Positions 38,301 through 47,283 are shown, counted from the stretch's first letter. The stretch: 64,000 nucleotides of DNA from an uncultured Prolixibacteraceae bacterium (GCA_964605775.1 CAZSDU010000001.1:102741-166740); one strand, 5' to 3'. Notes: a model not told the origin generated them from the letters alone. Numbers and translations are program-made.

Positions 38301-40850
38301 GCCAGTATTGGCATGGCTGTCAACTTCAACCCAGGTTGTCCCGTTCCAGAACTCCACGGCCATGGTATTCAGGTTACTGGTACCATAATTGCTCAGGTAG
38401 AGGTCATAGACGAACAGGTGGGCCGGGGCTGCAGAGCCCTCAAGCACCTTGCTGGTAATATACTGGTCGTAGCCCATGACTTCAGGACTCCAGTTGAACA
38501 TGGCCGATGGAGCCGGGTGGCCTGTACCGGTGCTCACGCTCCAGTTTCCGCCATCAACTGTCCAGCCGTTGGCGGTAAAGTTGCCACTTGCCCAGGCTTC
38601 ATTGAAGAGAAGCTTCTTATTCCTGGGAGGAGACCAGCTTGCTTCAAGGGTTACACCATCAACCATCAGGTTGGTGACCGGATCCTTGACATGCAAGGGC
38701 GATACATCAAAGGTTGAAGGACCGAAAATGGCTACATCCTGGGTGTAAAGATCATAGAAAATACGATCCACGATCAGGTGGTAATTGCCTTTCCATACAT
38801 TGGTAAAGTTGACTTTACCCGTGGCATCGGTCGTGCCGGTATAAGTGGTATCCGGAATATCAATGTTCTCCAGCGTGACAACCGTTCCTTCCAGAGGATC
38901 CGAAGCGCAGGTAAGAGTGACGTTGACCGTAACGTTGGTCGTCCAGTTCTTGCCCAATATATTGGAGAAGATATAGTCTGACCAGCGGTTGCCGGTGTAT
39001 TTGGCTTTCACGGCCCAGCGGTAAGCGCCATCGGGCAGGGAAGGCCAGCTATTGTCAACGGTACTGTTAGTAGTCGGGGTAGAAACCGAAGTCCAGACAG
39101 CCGGATTGGTTTCTTCACCCGGGTGGAGACGAAAGACCTGATAGCCTATGAGTGCCGTGGGGGCATCAATGGGGCCGCCGAGTCCGTTCACCACGCAGCG
39201 CATCATAAAGTTGCCGTCGGCAGGTACCCAGGGGCCGCTGCCGGTCACAAATTGACTATAGCTGCGAAGCTGGGTGGCTGTATTGTCAACAGCCAAACGG
39301 GCAGCTACCGAGGAGTTGCCTCCCTGGATCATCACCATATAGAAATTGCCCGAGTTGATCACCACGCTGGGAAGCGTGAAGGTGTTCCAGCCAAATACGC
39401 TGGGCACTACATCCACGGGATCCCCTATGGGGCTGCCCGGAAGTCCGCCTGGGCCGGTGGCATCATAAAGCTGGACCTGGAAAGGAGCCAGATCTCCGAT
39501 GGCCGGACTGCCCGGATAATCACTTTGTGCGCCAATGTTTATACTACCGCTTTTAATGGTCACCGGGTAGTTCAGCGGGGTGAATTTCAATGCATTGAAA
39601 TTCCCTTCTGCTGCCCATACCGTGGTAGTTTCTTTAACCCCGTCGTCATAGATCAGCTCATAGTCGCCAATGGGTTGTCCCCAGGTCAGCGCCACCTGTG
39701 TCGGCGGTGTGTTCAGCGTAGCTGTAAACGGTTGAATAGGTTTGTTCAGGGCTTCACCCAGGGCGATGTTTACCGTTTGGGTAACGCCTGAAGCAAAAGT
39801 ATAATTACCTGAGAGGAAGTTCTCGAATCCGGCTTTGCTTACCGCGATCGGATAACTACCCGGAGTGTAAACGTTCAAAGAGTAAACACCACCTTCAATA
39901 GAATAGGTAGAAAAACCATTCACTGTAATCTTGGCTCCTTTAACCGGTGCGCCATTGGCCGCGTTGGTAACAATACCATTCACGATACCCGGCAAGGGGT
40001 AAAGGGCAAAATTCAATGTTGCGGTTCCACCTGAGGGAACGGTGGTACTCTTGGTCTGTGGTTCATAGAGGGCTTTAGCAGCAGTGGCAGAAACCAGGCC
40101 TGAAGGAACAGTCATGGTATAATTACCTGATGCATTGGTTGTAGCTACCGTTGTTCCGACTGTAACCGTGGCGCCCACCAGGGGTGCATTGGTGTTGGCA
40201 TCCTTGACCTGGCCGGTCAGTGTTCCCGGAGGAATAGCCAATTGGTACAAACGGATATTTTCACGGACAGAAGCCATGTAAACAGTACCGGTAAGGGAAC
40301 AACCTGTTCCGTAATCGGTATAAGCATAATTGGCCTGTGTGGTGTTGGCCGTTCCATTTACAGAAAACGAGGTACCCCATACAGCGTCTGCATTATCATG
40401 GCAGAAATTCAGCTTAATGTTGGAGGTGCCATTCCATGGAAATGGAGTTGTCAGTGTAATGATCTGCCATCCTGTTCCGGAAAAGGCGAAACTGGCCGAC
40501 TCATAGACTATCGTCCAGCCTGCTTCATCAAAAGCAGTAGTAACAACAGCATCCGTAGTATTCTTCATGGAAATTTTGAAGTTCACCAGTGCAAATCCAC
40601 TGGCGGTGGTGTTGTCGAATGCCAATTTGGTGATGTTCCCAGCTGTTAAAGTGGGAGTCATTTCACTGGCAAGAAAGATTACCTGATGACGGTGATCGGC
40701 CCAGGTTGAATAGAAGGGGTAAGAGGTCGTTGAGGTCCCAGTCCCGATCTGAACATACACTTCCTGCGCCAAACCTGTCTTCGCAAATAGCATCATCGAC
40801 ACAAAAAAGAGCAGCATCGACTTTGCAAGCAGTTTGGTAACATTTTTCAT
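35400..40850 (-). CDS. large T9SS adhesin-like protein 2 (different head and tail, shared core)
   Basis: 1816 aa; signal peptide; head QEVYVQIGTGTSTTSYPFY; VYPNP CTD. Confidence 0.85.
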   Translation of the reverse strand: MKNVTKLLAKSMLLFFVSMMLFAKTGLAQEVYVQIGTGTSTTSYPFYSTWADHRHQVIFLASEMTPTLTAGNITKLAFDNTTASGFALVNFKISMKNTTDAVVTTAFDEAGWTIVYESASFAFSGTGWQIITLTTPFPWNGTSNIKLNFCHDNADAVWGTSFSVNGTANTTQANYAYTDYGTGCSLTGTVYMASVRENIRLYQLAIPPGTLTGQVKDANTNAPLVGATVTVGTTVATTNASGNYTMTVPSGLVSATAAKALYEPQTKSTTVPSGGTATLNFALYPLPGIVNGIVTNAANGAPVKGAKITVNGFSTYSIEGGVYSLNVYTPGSYPIAVSKAGFENFLSGNYTFASGVTQTVNIALGEALNKPIQPFTATLNTPPTQVALTWGQPIGDYELIYDDGVKETTTVWAAEGNFNALKFTPLNYPVTIKSGSINIGAQSDYPGSPAIGDLAPFQVQLYDATGPGGLPGSPIGDPVDVVPSVFGWNTFTLPSVVINSGNFYMVMIQGGNSSVAARLAVDNTATQLRSYSQFVTGSGPWVPADGNFMMRCVVNGLGGPIDAPTALIGYQVFRLHPGEETNPAVWTSVSTPTTNSTVDNSWPSLPDGAYRWAVKAKYTGNRWSDYIFSNILGKNWTTNVTVNVTLTCASDPLEGTVVTLENIDIPDTTYTGTTDATGKVNFTNVWKGNYHLIVDRIFYDLYTQDVAIFGPSTFDVSPLHVKDPVTNLMVDGVTLEASWSPPRNKKLLFNEAWASGNFTANGWTVDGGNWSVSTGTGHPAPSAMFNWSPEVMGYDQYITSKVLEGSAAPAHLFVYDLYLSNYGTSNLNTMAVEFWNGTTWVEVDSHANTGNIAWTTIAVDVTPYEVNNTFKFRFHAAGEDSYDINNWNLDNIQLYGVDAVSGPNPCVYGYNFYLNGALHFTPDTTYNIPPGEVIYGNTYNACVEAVYGSGYSPQVCTTFTAKFLCPPTELTGTPIESTAYLTWEKPNCGGGHLVTWVYDDGTAENGVSINAGYQIMMGNKFPIDAATTGVLKSFDMYFSSTSSSSAQSCILYIYDIAENLIGQSAPFINTGAPYPSGNWVTVNVNDIPFTGPFYALVDYYISATPVKNYFMYDNSGPQVPPDGLAWTNYDGVFASAVDVFGYTPCTFLQRATAFVYDKKGHGGSTVVLDPTQKPQGQNPTQLVGAAINLGMDQTIVADVSPSAPMTSPPTLLGYNIWRDGALVGYVPNPNTLEYYDYFLDPGVYSYEVTGYYDVAPIPPLNDNSLAAGPVEVTINYGIPIPFYEPWDQGTFTFHEWNTEGGWVVSTGFGNPLPSADFQAFTSLLTNYSRSIESPTLSAAIYTCAKIWLDFDYKLLDRNATGDEKLTVELYTNGSWKKVTEFVNEGDVDWNSQHFELKGTMGKAFKIRFRANGENSIDMLHWYVDNIHVYAVCQPAQDLAGDAQGMNVKLDWKSPNCGNSGVLVKLWQWDGDPDNGYYQNYDYAYGVVYDLAAYPDATLEMIDFHHASWGTMGTWQYNIHIVDWNTYTEIAVLGPLTTTGDDIWENGVSLEETDGSGGGMIGIMLEPLSNSSTDAYPCFSADNSGPDGVSVYGPLPDYSGFATSGIGDFLQNLWIRTEFGKGELVSPRQVPVSELQAMTRNVNPSYTFNGYLQTNQHAAQVTSNQPSALAGYDVYRMDPNGTEFNKINTALVTDTTYMDLDLNAGEYNYYVLSVYPECTMSMTSDTVTVDVIIGIDPQVTTNFSVYPNPATEVVNIKSSDNITNIEIMNYLGQTVYTKQNVDNKTAKINVTGLMNGVYFVKVTTTQGIRTVKITVSH
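36556..39785. repeat. 3,230-bp direct repeat, copy 2
   Basis: Matches 30699-33928. Confidence 0.92.
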
Positions 40851-40911
40851 AATGTTAGATTTAAGTGAATATTAATTGATTATTAGAAGAAAATATGGGG
40901 ATCAATTTTGC

Positions 40912-40929
40912 AATTGATATATATAGGGA
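40912..40929. promoter_or_regulatory. 18-bp upstream motif, second copy
   Basis: aattgatatatataggga, 62 nt from the gene 2 ATG. Confidence 0.55.
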
Positions 40930-41143
40930 AATTTGTCTCATACAATTAAAAATGTCAATTATTCAGAAATTTTTTCTAAATAATTGATTATCTTAGTTTT
41001 AAAAATTATTCTGGAGAAGAACAACATTGATTTTCTACTCCGACAGCAAATATAAAACAAATTATATTATCCCATGCAAATTTTTTCGTTTTTTCTTTCT
41101 TTTTGCCTCAAGTGGATTTTTTATAATTTTGCAAAAAAAAAAC

Positions 41144-41533
41144 ATGAAAATTATCAGACCGCTGCTTATTATTCTCTCCTGCGTGATCATATTTGATGGC
41201 TGCAGTTCCCTGAAGAACACCAATAAAAAAACCGTGATCGGTTACTGGAAAAAATACCAGGGTAATGCTGAAGGGGAAAAAACTGCTGCTTTAAAGGGAG
41301 AATTGACTGCCATGGAATTCAGGGCAGATAAAACGGCCACCTTAACTTATACGGACAGGGAATTAAATGGTAAATGGGCACTTGACAATACCGGAACGGG
41401 CATCTTATTTACTGAAACAAACACCAAAACTCCCTTTGAAATACGACTGGCCCGGGTGGCAGATGATGCTTTGGGAATCAATGAAGATGTTGAAGGAGGG
41501 GAAAGGCTAATAAAATTCCTCAGGGAAAAATAA
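41144..41533 (+). CDS. small lipoprotein, lipocalin-like
   Basis: MKIIRPLL...FDGC lipobox; IGYWK, FRADKTATL, GKW; start ATG at 41144. Confidence 0.65.
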   Translation: MKIIRPLLIILSCVIIFDGCSSLKNTNKKTVIGYWKKYQGNAEGEKTAALKGELTAMEFRADKTATLTYTDRELNGKWALDNTGTGILFTETNTKTPFEIRLARVADDALGINEDVEGGERLIKFLREK

Positions 41534-41664
41534 TCCCCTGATTAATCCGTTCCTTCCCTGTAATTCTTTTTATCATGAAATATCAGCAAGAATAACGTTC
41601 AGGCAAACCGTGAATGATAATTTATGGATATTCCTGACTGATTTGTAACCATCAATATTATCCT

Positions 41665-42192
41665 ATGAAAAATAATACCACCCTATTACTCCTTGTATTT
41701 TCCGCCATGATTATGCTGGGGTCCTGTTCCGTTTCGAATATGAACAAGCAGTTGATCCTGGGTCGCTGGGAAGTTGTCAAAACAGGTCCATTTATCCAGA
41801 AAAATACCGCGGCTGAATCGCTGCAGGCCGGCGACAGCCTTACAGCCTTAGCGCTGAATCCGGACGTTCAGGCAGAAATGGAACGCCAGGGAATGACCAA
41901 TTACAAGAACATCGCCCGTGACACCAAAAAGAAACAGCGCCAGGTCATGCGGGCAAGTCTTTTTTCGAGTGTAGTTTTTGATGCGGATCAGACCGCAACC
42001 TTATATTTCGGGAAAAAGGGATTTCCTGCCCAATGGAAAATGAACCGTAGGGGAAATAAAATCATGATGAGGGATACTGCTTCCTCGATCAAAGCTACCC
42101 TCACGGTTGTTCTTCTGGATTCCCTCAACCTGAAAACGATCAATAAATTCCCGGAGGGAAAGCTGGAAAAAACATACCTCAGGCAGAAGTAA
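41665..42192 (+). CDS. small lipoprotein, lipocalin-like
   Basis: MLGSC lipobox; LGRWE, FDADQTATL, AQW. Confidence 0.65.
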   Translation: MKNNTTLLLLVFSAMIMLGSCSVSNMNKQLILGRWEVVKTGPFIQKNTAAESLQAGDSLTALALNPDVQAEMERQGMTNYKNIARDTKKKQRQVMRASLFSSVVFDADQTATLYFGKKGFPAQWKMNRRGNKIMMRDTASSIKATLTVVLLDSLNLKTINKFPEGKLEKTYLRQK

Positions 42193-42196
42193 TCCG

Positions 42197-45100
42197 CTAA
42201 TATTTGATCATTGGAATACAGTACATCCCGGCATTGCCGGTGGTGAAAACTTTCATCAGGTAATGACCCTCCGACAGGTTCTCTAAGGGGATGATCGTCT
42301 CCAACACAGCATTCAGGGAAAAATCGGCTACTTTTAATCCCAGGACATTGATCAGGAGTATCCTGTTCATGGGCATCGTGGATTTCACCCGGATCTGATC
42401 CCGGGCGGGATTGGGGTAAACAGTGAGTGGTCCATCATACTGCTTTCCCAAGGAGGTAATCACATCCACTTCAATGGTATCGGAAGCTGTGGCTTCGTTG
42501 CAGGTATTGCCGGTAGTCTGAATATAGTAACGATACAAGCCGTAAGGGAGTCTGAAGTCAATGAAGGCCGTATCGGTCAAAGGCTGGGAATTGGCTTTGA
42601 CATAAACCCCGCCGGCAGGGTCCTGGCGGTAAACGTCATATAAGATCGGAGGGGTAGTAAATTCCAGTTTTTGTCCCCCCAGGGTACAGTCGTCTATCCC
42701 CCAGTAATACCACAGACCCTGTCCGCCGTTGTCGGTGGCATGCCAGGCCAGGTCAACCACATCCCCCAGGTAGGATGACATATTAATCATATAAGGATGT
42801 TGCCATTGATTATACCCGCCGGGTCCCGGGAAGGGAGGAAGGGCGGAGAGGTCCATCAGTACATCCCAGCTATTGCCCTGGTCGGTGGAAACCTTGACAT
42901 AGTAATGGTCATCATGGGCTGATCCCTGATAGGCGAGACTCCAGAAGCTGAGGTTGCCACCCACATAGACATTTTTAGCGATAAGCCATTCGTCCTGATG
43001 GTTATAGTCCCAGTATAATCCTGCGGAATAATTCCCGGAATGCACGCCAATCGGTGGGGAGATACCTGTATGCGTCCAGCTTGCCCCGGCATTATGCGTG
43101 ATCTGAGACCAGCCCGGGGGAGGAAATTCTTCTCCCTCAAACCCTTGCTGAAGAATATTTCCTCCTCCGCTGCATTGGGGAGGGCTCCAGGAGAGATGAA
43201 TATCATCACCCCAGGCTTCGCCGTAAGGATCAGTGGGTGGCAAACAAACAGCATAAACAGCAATATTATCCACCAACCACGTACTGATGTTGTCGGAATT
43301 ATTTCCGCCGGCAATGAAGCGAAAACGAAAGCCTTTTCCTTTCACCACGCTGATATCGATATGCTGAGTAATCCATTCGATATTGCCCGAATTGCTGAAT
43401 TCGGCTTTTTGATGCCAGGTGTTATTGTAAAAAACCTCTGCGGTCAGCTTTTCATTTCCGTTAGCTGTTTTATCCAGGAGTTTCAGGTCGAAATCCATCC
43501 AAATTTTTGCGCAGTTATCCGGTGTTGCATCCAGGACGGGACTTTCGAGGGCAAAGGAATAAAGCTGATGGTTGGGAGATCCCGTAAAAACGGCTGAGGG
43601 AAGAGGGTTTCCCTCCTCCTGACTGATCACCCAGTTTCCCTGCTGACCGTTGAAACGCCATTCATTATAGGTAAAAGACCCCTGATTCCAGGGTTCATTA
43701 AAAGGCAGTAACCTTCCGTAATGAATCATGACCGATACCGGTCCAGCGGGCATCGAATGGTCTTCCTGACCGGGATGTCCATAAGTGGTAAGGTCATATA
43801 AAGCATCCACCGTATAGGAATAGTTGCCGGGTTCCAGATTGACATCATAAAAGGAGAGGTTATCGTTCCCCGGAAGATAGATAAGAAAACTGCCGTTTCT
43901 ATAGATGTTGTATCCTTTGATTCCTTCGGGCATTACCGGGCCTGAATCCGAGGGCATGGTAGGTTCGTGCCAGCTCAGGTAAACGGTATTTTCAAGGATT
44001 TCGGCATTCAGTTCGGTGGGAGGCCAGAGAAAATGTGACGTTAATGCAGCGCAGACCTGTTCGGAATACCCGCTGGTATAGATGGCCCTGACGCATGCCT
44101 GATAAGTGGAATCGTAACGGACCAGGGATCCGTCTATGGTATAATGGTTATCGTTGACCAGGGCAAGCAGGGTGTTATCAAGATAAAAATTATAGCCAAA
44201 AATACAGGGAGCCAGGAGGTGGGCGGATTCTGAAGCCGTGATTAGGATATTATCAATATACCAGCCGTTGATCTGGTAAGAATCTTGCCCGAATGCCCGG
44301 AAACGGATGTTAAAGTGGGTGTTGGAATAGGCAGAAATATCGATGACATCGGTGGTCCAGGGGATGCTGCCGCCGGCATTGGTCCATACTTTCAGGGTAT
44401 GCCATGAAATTCCGTCGTAAATCTCTATGGCCATCTGGTTGAGCGCCGCCGTGGAATAATTATCCAGGTTGATTTCGTATTGCAGGGTCATGATGGGACT
44501 GTTCTGACCTTCTACCATCCGGCTGGTCAGCGATTGTTCATAGTTGGGAACAGGAGGGGACCAGCTAAAAAACGCGGAGGGTGCAGGATGACCTGCCGTC
44601 ATGGAAATCCTCCAGTTGATCCCTCCTTCTCTTACCCAGCCCCCGCTCAGAAAATCGCCGCTGTTAAAGTTTTCCTGCAGCAGGGGAAGGGAATAAAACG
44701 GTTCATCCCAGACCGCGTGAAGGCTGACACTATCCACGACCAGGTTAGTGGGCGGGGATTTGATCTGAAGCAGAATGATATCGAGGGATAAAGGGGTATT
44801 GACAGAGCAAAACCCTGAATAGGTAAGATAACCAAACTTCATCGCTTTGACTTCATAGGACCCTTTCCATACGCCGGGGAAAACGACCTGGCCGCTGGGA
44901 TTGCAAACCCCCTGGTAAACGGTATCCTGATAGACCTGATTCGTCAGGGTGATGAGGGTTCCTTCGGGGTCGGCTGCTGCACAGCTCAGGCTAAGGTTGA
45001 TGTTAACCGGAGCTGTCCAGCATTTTCCCAGTACATTAGAGAAAGTCGGTTCTGACCATCGGTTACCTGTATAACCCGTCTTTACACACCAGCGGTGAGG

Positions 45101-46168
45101 GCCGCAGGGCAGGGCCGGCCAGGAAGGGTCCACCGTCTCGGTGATGTTCACGCTACCCAGGAAAACCCAAGCCATGGGGTTCAGTTCTTCACCCTGATGC
45201 AACCTCCATAATTGATAGCCTATCAAGCTTTGTTCGCCGGAAGTGAGGTCCAAAGGCCCGCCAGTACCTGATACCAGGGCACGGATCATGAAATTCCCTG
45301 CTGCCGGTACCCAGGGTTGGTTTCCCGTGACTGCTTTAAAATAACTGCGGTATTGAGGGAAAGTCACATCAATGGCCAGTCCGGCTGCATTGGGAGCATT
45401 TCCACCCTGTATCATGGCAATGAAGAAGTTCCCTGCTGCAAGGCTTACCGGAGACGGAAAGGTAAAATCTATCCATCCCAAAGCGGCGGGGATCACATCA
45501 AAGGGACCCGCGATCACATTTCCGGGTGTACCTCCCGTTCCGTTTCCATCCAGGATGATCACCTGGAAAGGGACCAGGGGATTACTTCCCGGTGGATAGT
45601 TGGAGGCGTTTCCAATATTGATTTTACATCCTTTAACCAGAACAGGATATCCCACTGGCGTAAATTTCACGGCATTCATGTTTCCCGCCTGGGACCATAC
45701 GGTAAAATTATCCTGCAGGCCATCGTCATAGATCAGTTCGTATGTTCCTTCGGGTTGGCCCCAGGAGAGATAGACTCTCTGGTTGGCCGTATCCATCACT
45801 GCCGATAATAGCGGTGAAGGGTTGGGGGTTTCCCATAAAGTAATATTGAGGGTAATGATGTTCCCGGACTGAAAGGTTACGGGATCAGAAGTGAAAGGGT
45901 CAAAGCCGGCTTTTGATGCGTTCACCGGAAAAACGCCTAAGGGTTGAATGTTAAGACTGTAAACTCCGGCGGTAACCGAGTACGTGGAAACACCGTTGAC
46001 CGTTATCCTGGCACCGATCACGGGATGTCCGGTGGTGGCATGGGTTACGGTACCCACCAGGGTGGCGGAGGACAGAAATCCGGTTTGCGAAAAAAGAGGA
46101 AAACCAGTTAAAAACAAAAGTCCCCAAAAAAGGATCTGAAAATAATATTTTATTTGTGATGGATTCAT
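42197..46168 (-). CDS. large T9SS adhesin-like protein 3 (headless paralog with cleaved-adhesin/choice-of-anchor-J-like tail)
   Basis: Clear homology to the core of genes 1/2 (ELIYDDG..AGNMNAVKFTP, KYTGNRWS, GKCWT); tail QGFEGEEFPPPGW...QDEWLI...YYVKVSTDQGNSW; VYPNP CTD; start ATG at 46168. Confidence 0.82.
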   Translation of the reverse strand: MNPSQIKYYFQILFWGLLFLTGFPLFSQTGFLSSATLVGTVTHATTGHPVIGARITVNGVSTYSVTAGVYSLNIQPLGVFPVNASKAGFDPFTSDPVTFQSGNIITLNITLWETPNPSPLLSAVMDTANQRVYLSWGQPEGTYELIYDDGLQDNFTVWSQAGNMNAVKFTPVGYPVLVKGCKINIGNASNYPPGSNPLVPFQVIILDGNGTGGTPGNVIAGPFDVIPAALGWIDFTFPSPVSLAAGNFFIAMIQGGNAPNAAGLAIDVTFPQYRSYFKAVTGNQPWVPAAGNFMIRALVSGTGGPLDLTSGEQSLIGYQLWRLHQGEELNPMAWVFLGSVNITETVDPSWPALPCGPHRWCVKTGYTGNRWSEPTFSNVLGKCWTAPVNINLSLSCAAADPEGTLITLTNQVYQDTVYQGVCNPSGQVVFPGVWKGSYEVKAMKFGYLTYSGFCSVNTPLSLDIILLQIKSPPTNLVVDSVSLHAVWDEPFYSLPLLQENFNSGDFLSGGWVREGGINWRISMTAGHPAPSAFFSWSPPVPNYEQSLTSRMVEGQNSPIMTLQYEINLDNYSTAALNQMAIEIYDGISWHTLKVWTNAGGSIPWTTDVIDISAYSNTHFNIRFRAFGQDSYQINGWYIDNILITASESAHLLAPCIFGYNFYLDNTLLALVNDNHYTIDGSLVRYDSTYQACVRAIYTSGYSEQVCAALTSHFLWPPTELNAEILENTVYLSWHEPTMPSDSGPVMPEGIKGYNIYRNGSFLIYLPGNDNLSFYDVNLEPGNYSYTVDALYDLTTYGHPGQEDHSMPAGPVSVMIHYGRLLPFNEPWNQGSFTYNEWRFNGQQGNWVISQEEGNPLPSAVFTGSPNHQLYSFALESPVLDATPDNCAKIWMDFDLKLLDKTANGNEKLTAEVFYNNTWHQKAEFSNSGNIEWITQHIDISVVKGKGFRFRFIAGGNNSDNISTWLVDNIAVYAVCLPPTDPYGEAWGDDIHLSWSPPQCSGGGNILQQGFEGEEFPPPGWSQITHNAGASWTHTGISPPIGVHSGNYSAGLYWDYNHQDEWLIAKNVYVGGNLSFWSLAYQGSAHDDHYYVKVSTDQGNSWDVLMDLSALPPFPGPGGYNQWQHPYMINMSSYLGDVVDLAWHATDNGGQGLWYYWGIDDCTLGGQKLEFTTPPILYDVYRQDPAGGVYVKANSQPLTDTAFIDFRLPYGLYRYYIQTTGNTCNEATASDTIEVDVITSLGKQYDGPLTVYPNPARDQIRVKSTMPMNRILLINVLGLKVADFSLNAVLETIIPLENLSEGHYLMKVFTTGNAGMYCIPMIKY

Positions 46169-46268
46169 ACGCTCCCTACAAAAATACAAAAAGCAGGGTT
46201 GAAAAAGACTTTTTCATGCTTTTAAGGTTCTTTTTTTTCGGAAAAACTTGCCAGAATGAAAATTTTTA

Positions 46269-46276
46269 TAACTTTG
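46269..46276 (+). promoter_or_regulatory. -7 element (TAACTTTG) of rplU-rpmA
   Basis: TAnnTTTG match 35 nt upstream of the rplU ATG. Confidence 0.65.
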
Positions 46277-46310
46277 CACTCCCAAAATTATGAACATCAA
46301 CCCATCAAAA

Positions 46311-46685
46311 ATGTACGCAATCGTTGAAATCGCAGGGCAGCAATTCAAAGTTGAGAAGAATGATGAAATCTTCGTCCACCGTCTCGAAGGTGAAGCCGGG
46401 ACGAAGGTAGCATTCACTGATGTCTTGCTACTGGATCATGACGGAAAAATATCTGTCGGAAAGCCCCATGTTGAAGGCAGTCGGATTACCGGAAAAATTC
46501 TTGAGCATGTCAGGGGGGATAAGGTGGTTATTTTCAAGAAAAAGCGTCGGAAGGGTTATGAGAAAGAAAGCGGTCACCGCCAGGATTTCAGTAAAATTTT
46601 AATTGAAAATATCAGTGTCAAAGGAGCTTCCAAAGCGAAAAAGGCAAAGGAAGAGGAAGAGGAAATCGTCAATCGTCAATCGTAA
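46311..46685 (+). CDS. rplU: 50S ribosomal protein L21 with charged C-terminal extension
   Basis: MYAIVEIAGQQFKV, FKKKRRKGY..GHRQ. Confidence 0.97.
   Translation: MYAIVEIAGQQFKVEKNDEIFVHRLEGEAGTKVAFTDVLLLDHDGKISVGKPHVEGSRITGKILEHVRGDKVVIFKKKRRKGYEKESGHRQDFSKILIENISVKGASKAKKAKEEEEEIVNRQS
46664..46684. repeat. 7-nt tandem array encoding the last L21 residues and stop
   Basis: aatcgtc aatcgtc aatcgta. Confidence 0.7.
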
Positions 46686-46699
46686 ATACATAAGGTGTT

Positions 46700-46972
46700 A
46701 TGGCACATAAAAAAGGGGCGGGTAGTTCAAGTAACGGCCGCGAATCACACAGCAAACGTTTAGGCGTTAAGATCTACGGAGGCCAGGCCGCCAAAGCCGG
46801 CAACATCATTATCCGTCAGCGTGGAACCGTGCACAATCCCGGGCTGAATGTCGGCATCGGAAAAGATCATACCCTGTTTGCGCTTGTGGATGGCATCGTT
46901 GAATTCAAAAAGAAACGTCAGGAACGTTCCTATGTTTCCGTGCTTCCTTTTGAAGAAAAAGCCAGTTCATAA
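46700..46972 (+). CDS. rpmA: 50S ribosomal protein L27
   Basis: [24 protein letters not shown]. Confidence 0.98.
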   Translation: MAHKKGAGSSSNGRESHSKRLGVKIYGGQAAKAGNIIIRQRGTVHNPGLNVGIGKDHTLFALVDGIVEFKKKRQERSYVSVLPFEEKASS

Positions 46973-46987
46973 GCACAGCTCATCATC

Positions 46988-47224
46988 TTCAACGCAAAGA
47001 CGCTAAAATTATTAACATAGCGCTTAATTCCTTCCTTAAATACTGACCCATCAGACTTAATCAGGAATCCTGATTTCTTATTGGATAGACTTATTTAACC
47101 ACAAAGTTCACCATGATTTTTACAAAGACCGCAATGGGTTGCTTTGACTGCATTGAGCCTCCCTGGTGTTATTGAGGTATGAAAAATTTCATCTTTTTTG
47201 CGTCTTGGCATCTTTGAGGTTAAA
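46988..47224. repeat. non-coding element bounded by degenerate inverted repeats
   Basis: ttcaacgcaaagacgctaaa at left; ttttgcgtcttggcatctttgaggttaaa at right; inner aaccacaaag copy at 47098. Confidence 0.45.
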
Positions 47225-47259
47225 GGAGAAAGGAGCAGAATTGGGGTTTGGAAATTTTT

Positions 47260-47267
47260 TACCTTTG
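47260..47267 (+). promoter_or_regulatory. -7 element (TACCTTTG) of serS
   Basis: TAnnTTTG match 70 nt upstream of the ATG. Confidence 0.6.
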
Positions 47268-47283
47268 CAGAACCCCACCCCAA

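Noticed and set aside
30699-39785. Diversity-generating retroelement TR/VR pair
   Set aside because: The repeat is 3.2 kb with no adenine-specific mismatches seen, and there is no reverse transcriptase in the window.
35104-41143. Poly-A/T tracts at 35104-35113 and 41133-41142 as phase-variation switches
   Set aside because: Both are A-runs on the coding strand just upstream of start codons, the usual Shine-Dalgarno-free initiation context in Bacteroidota.
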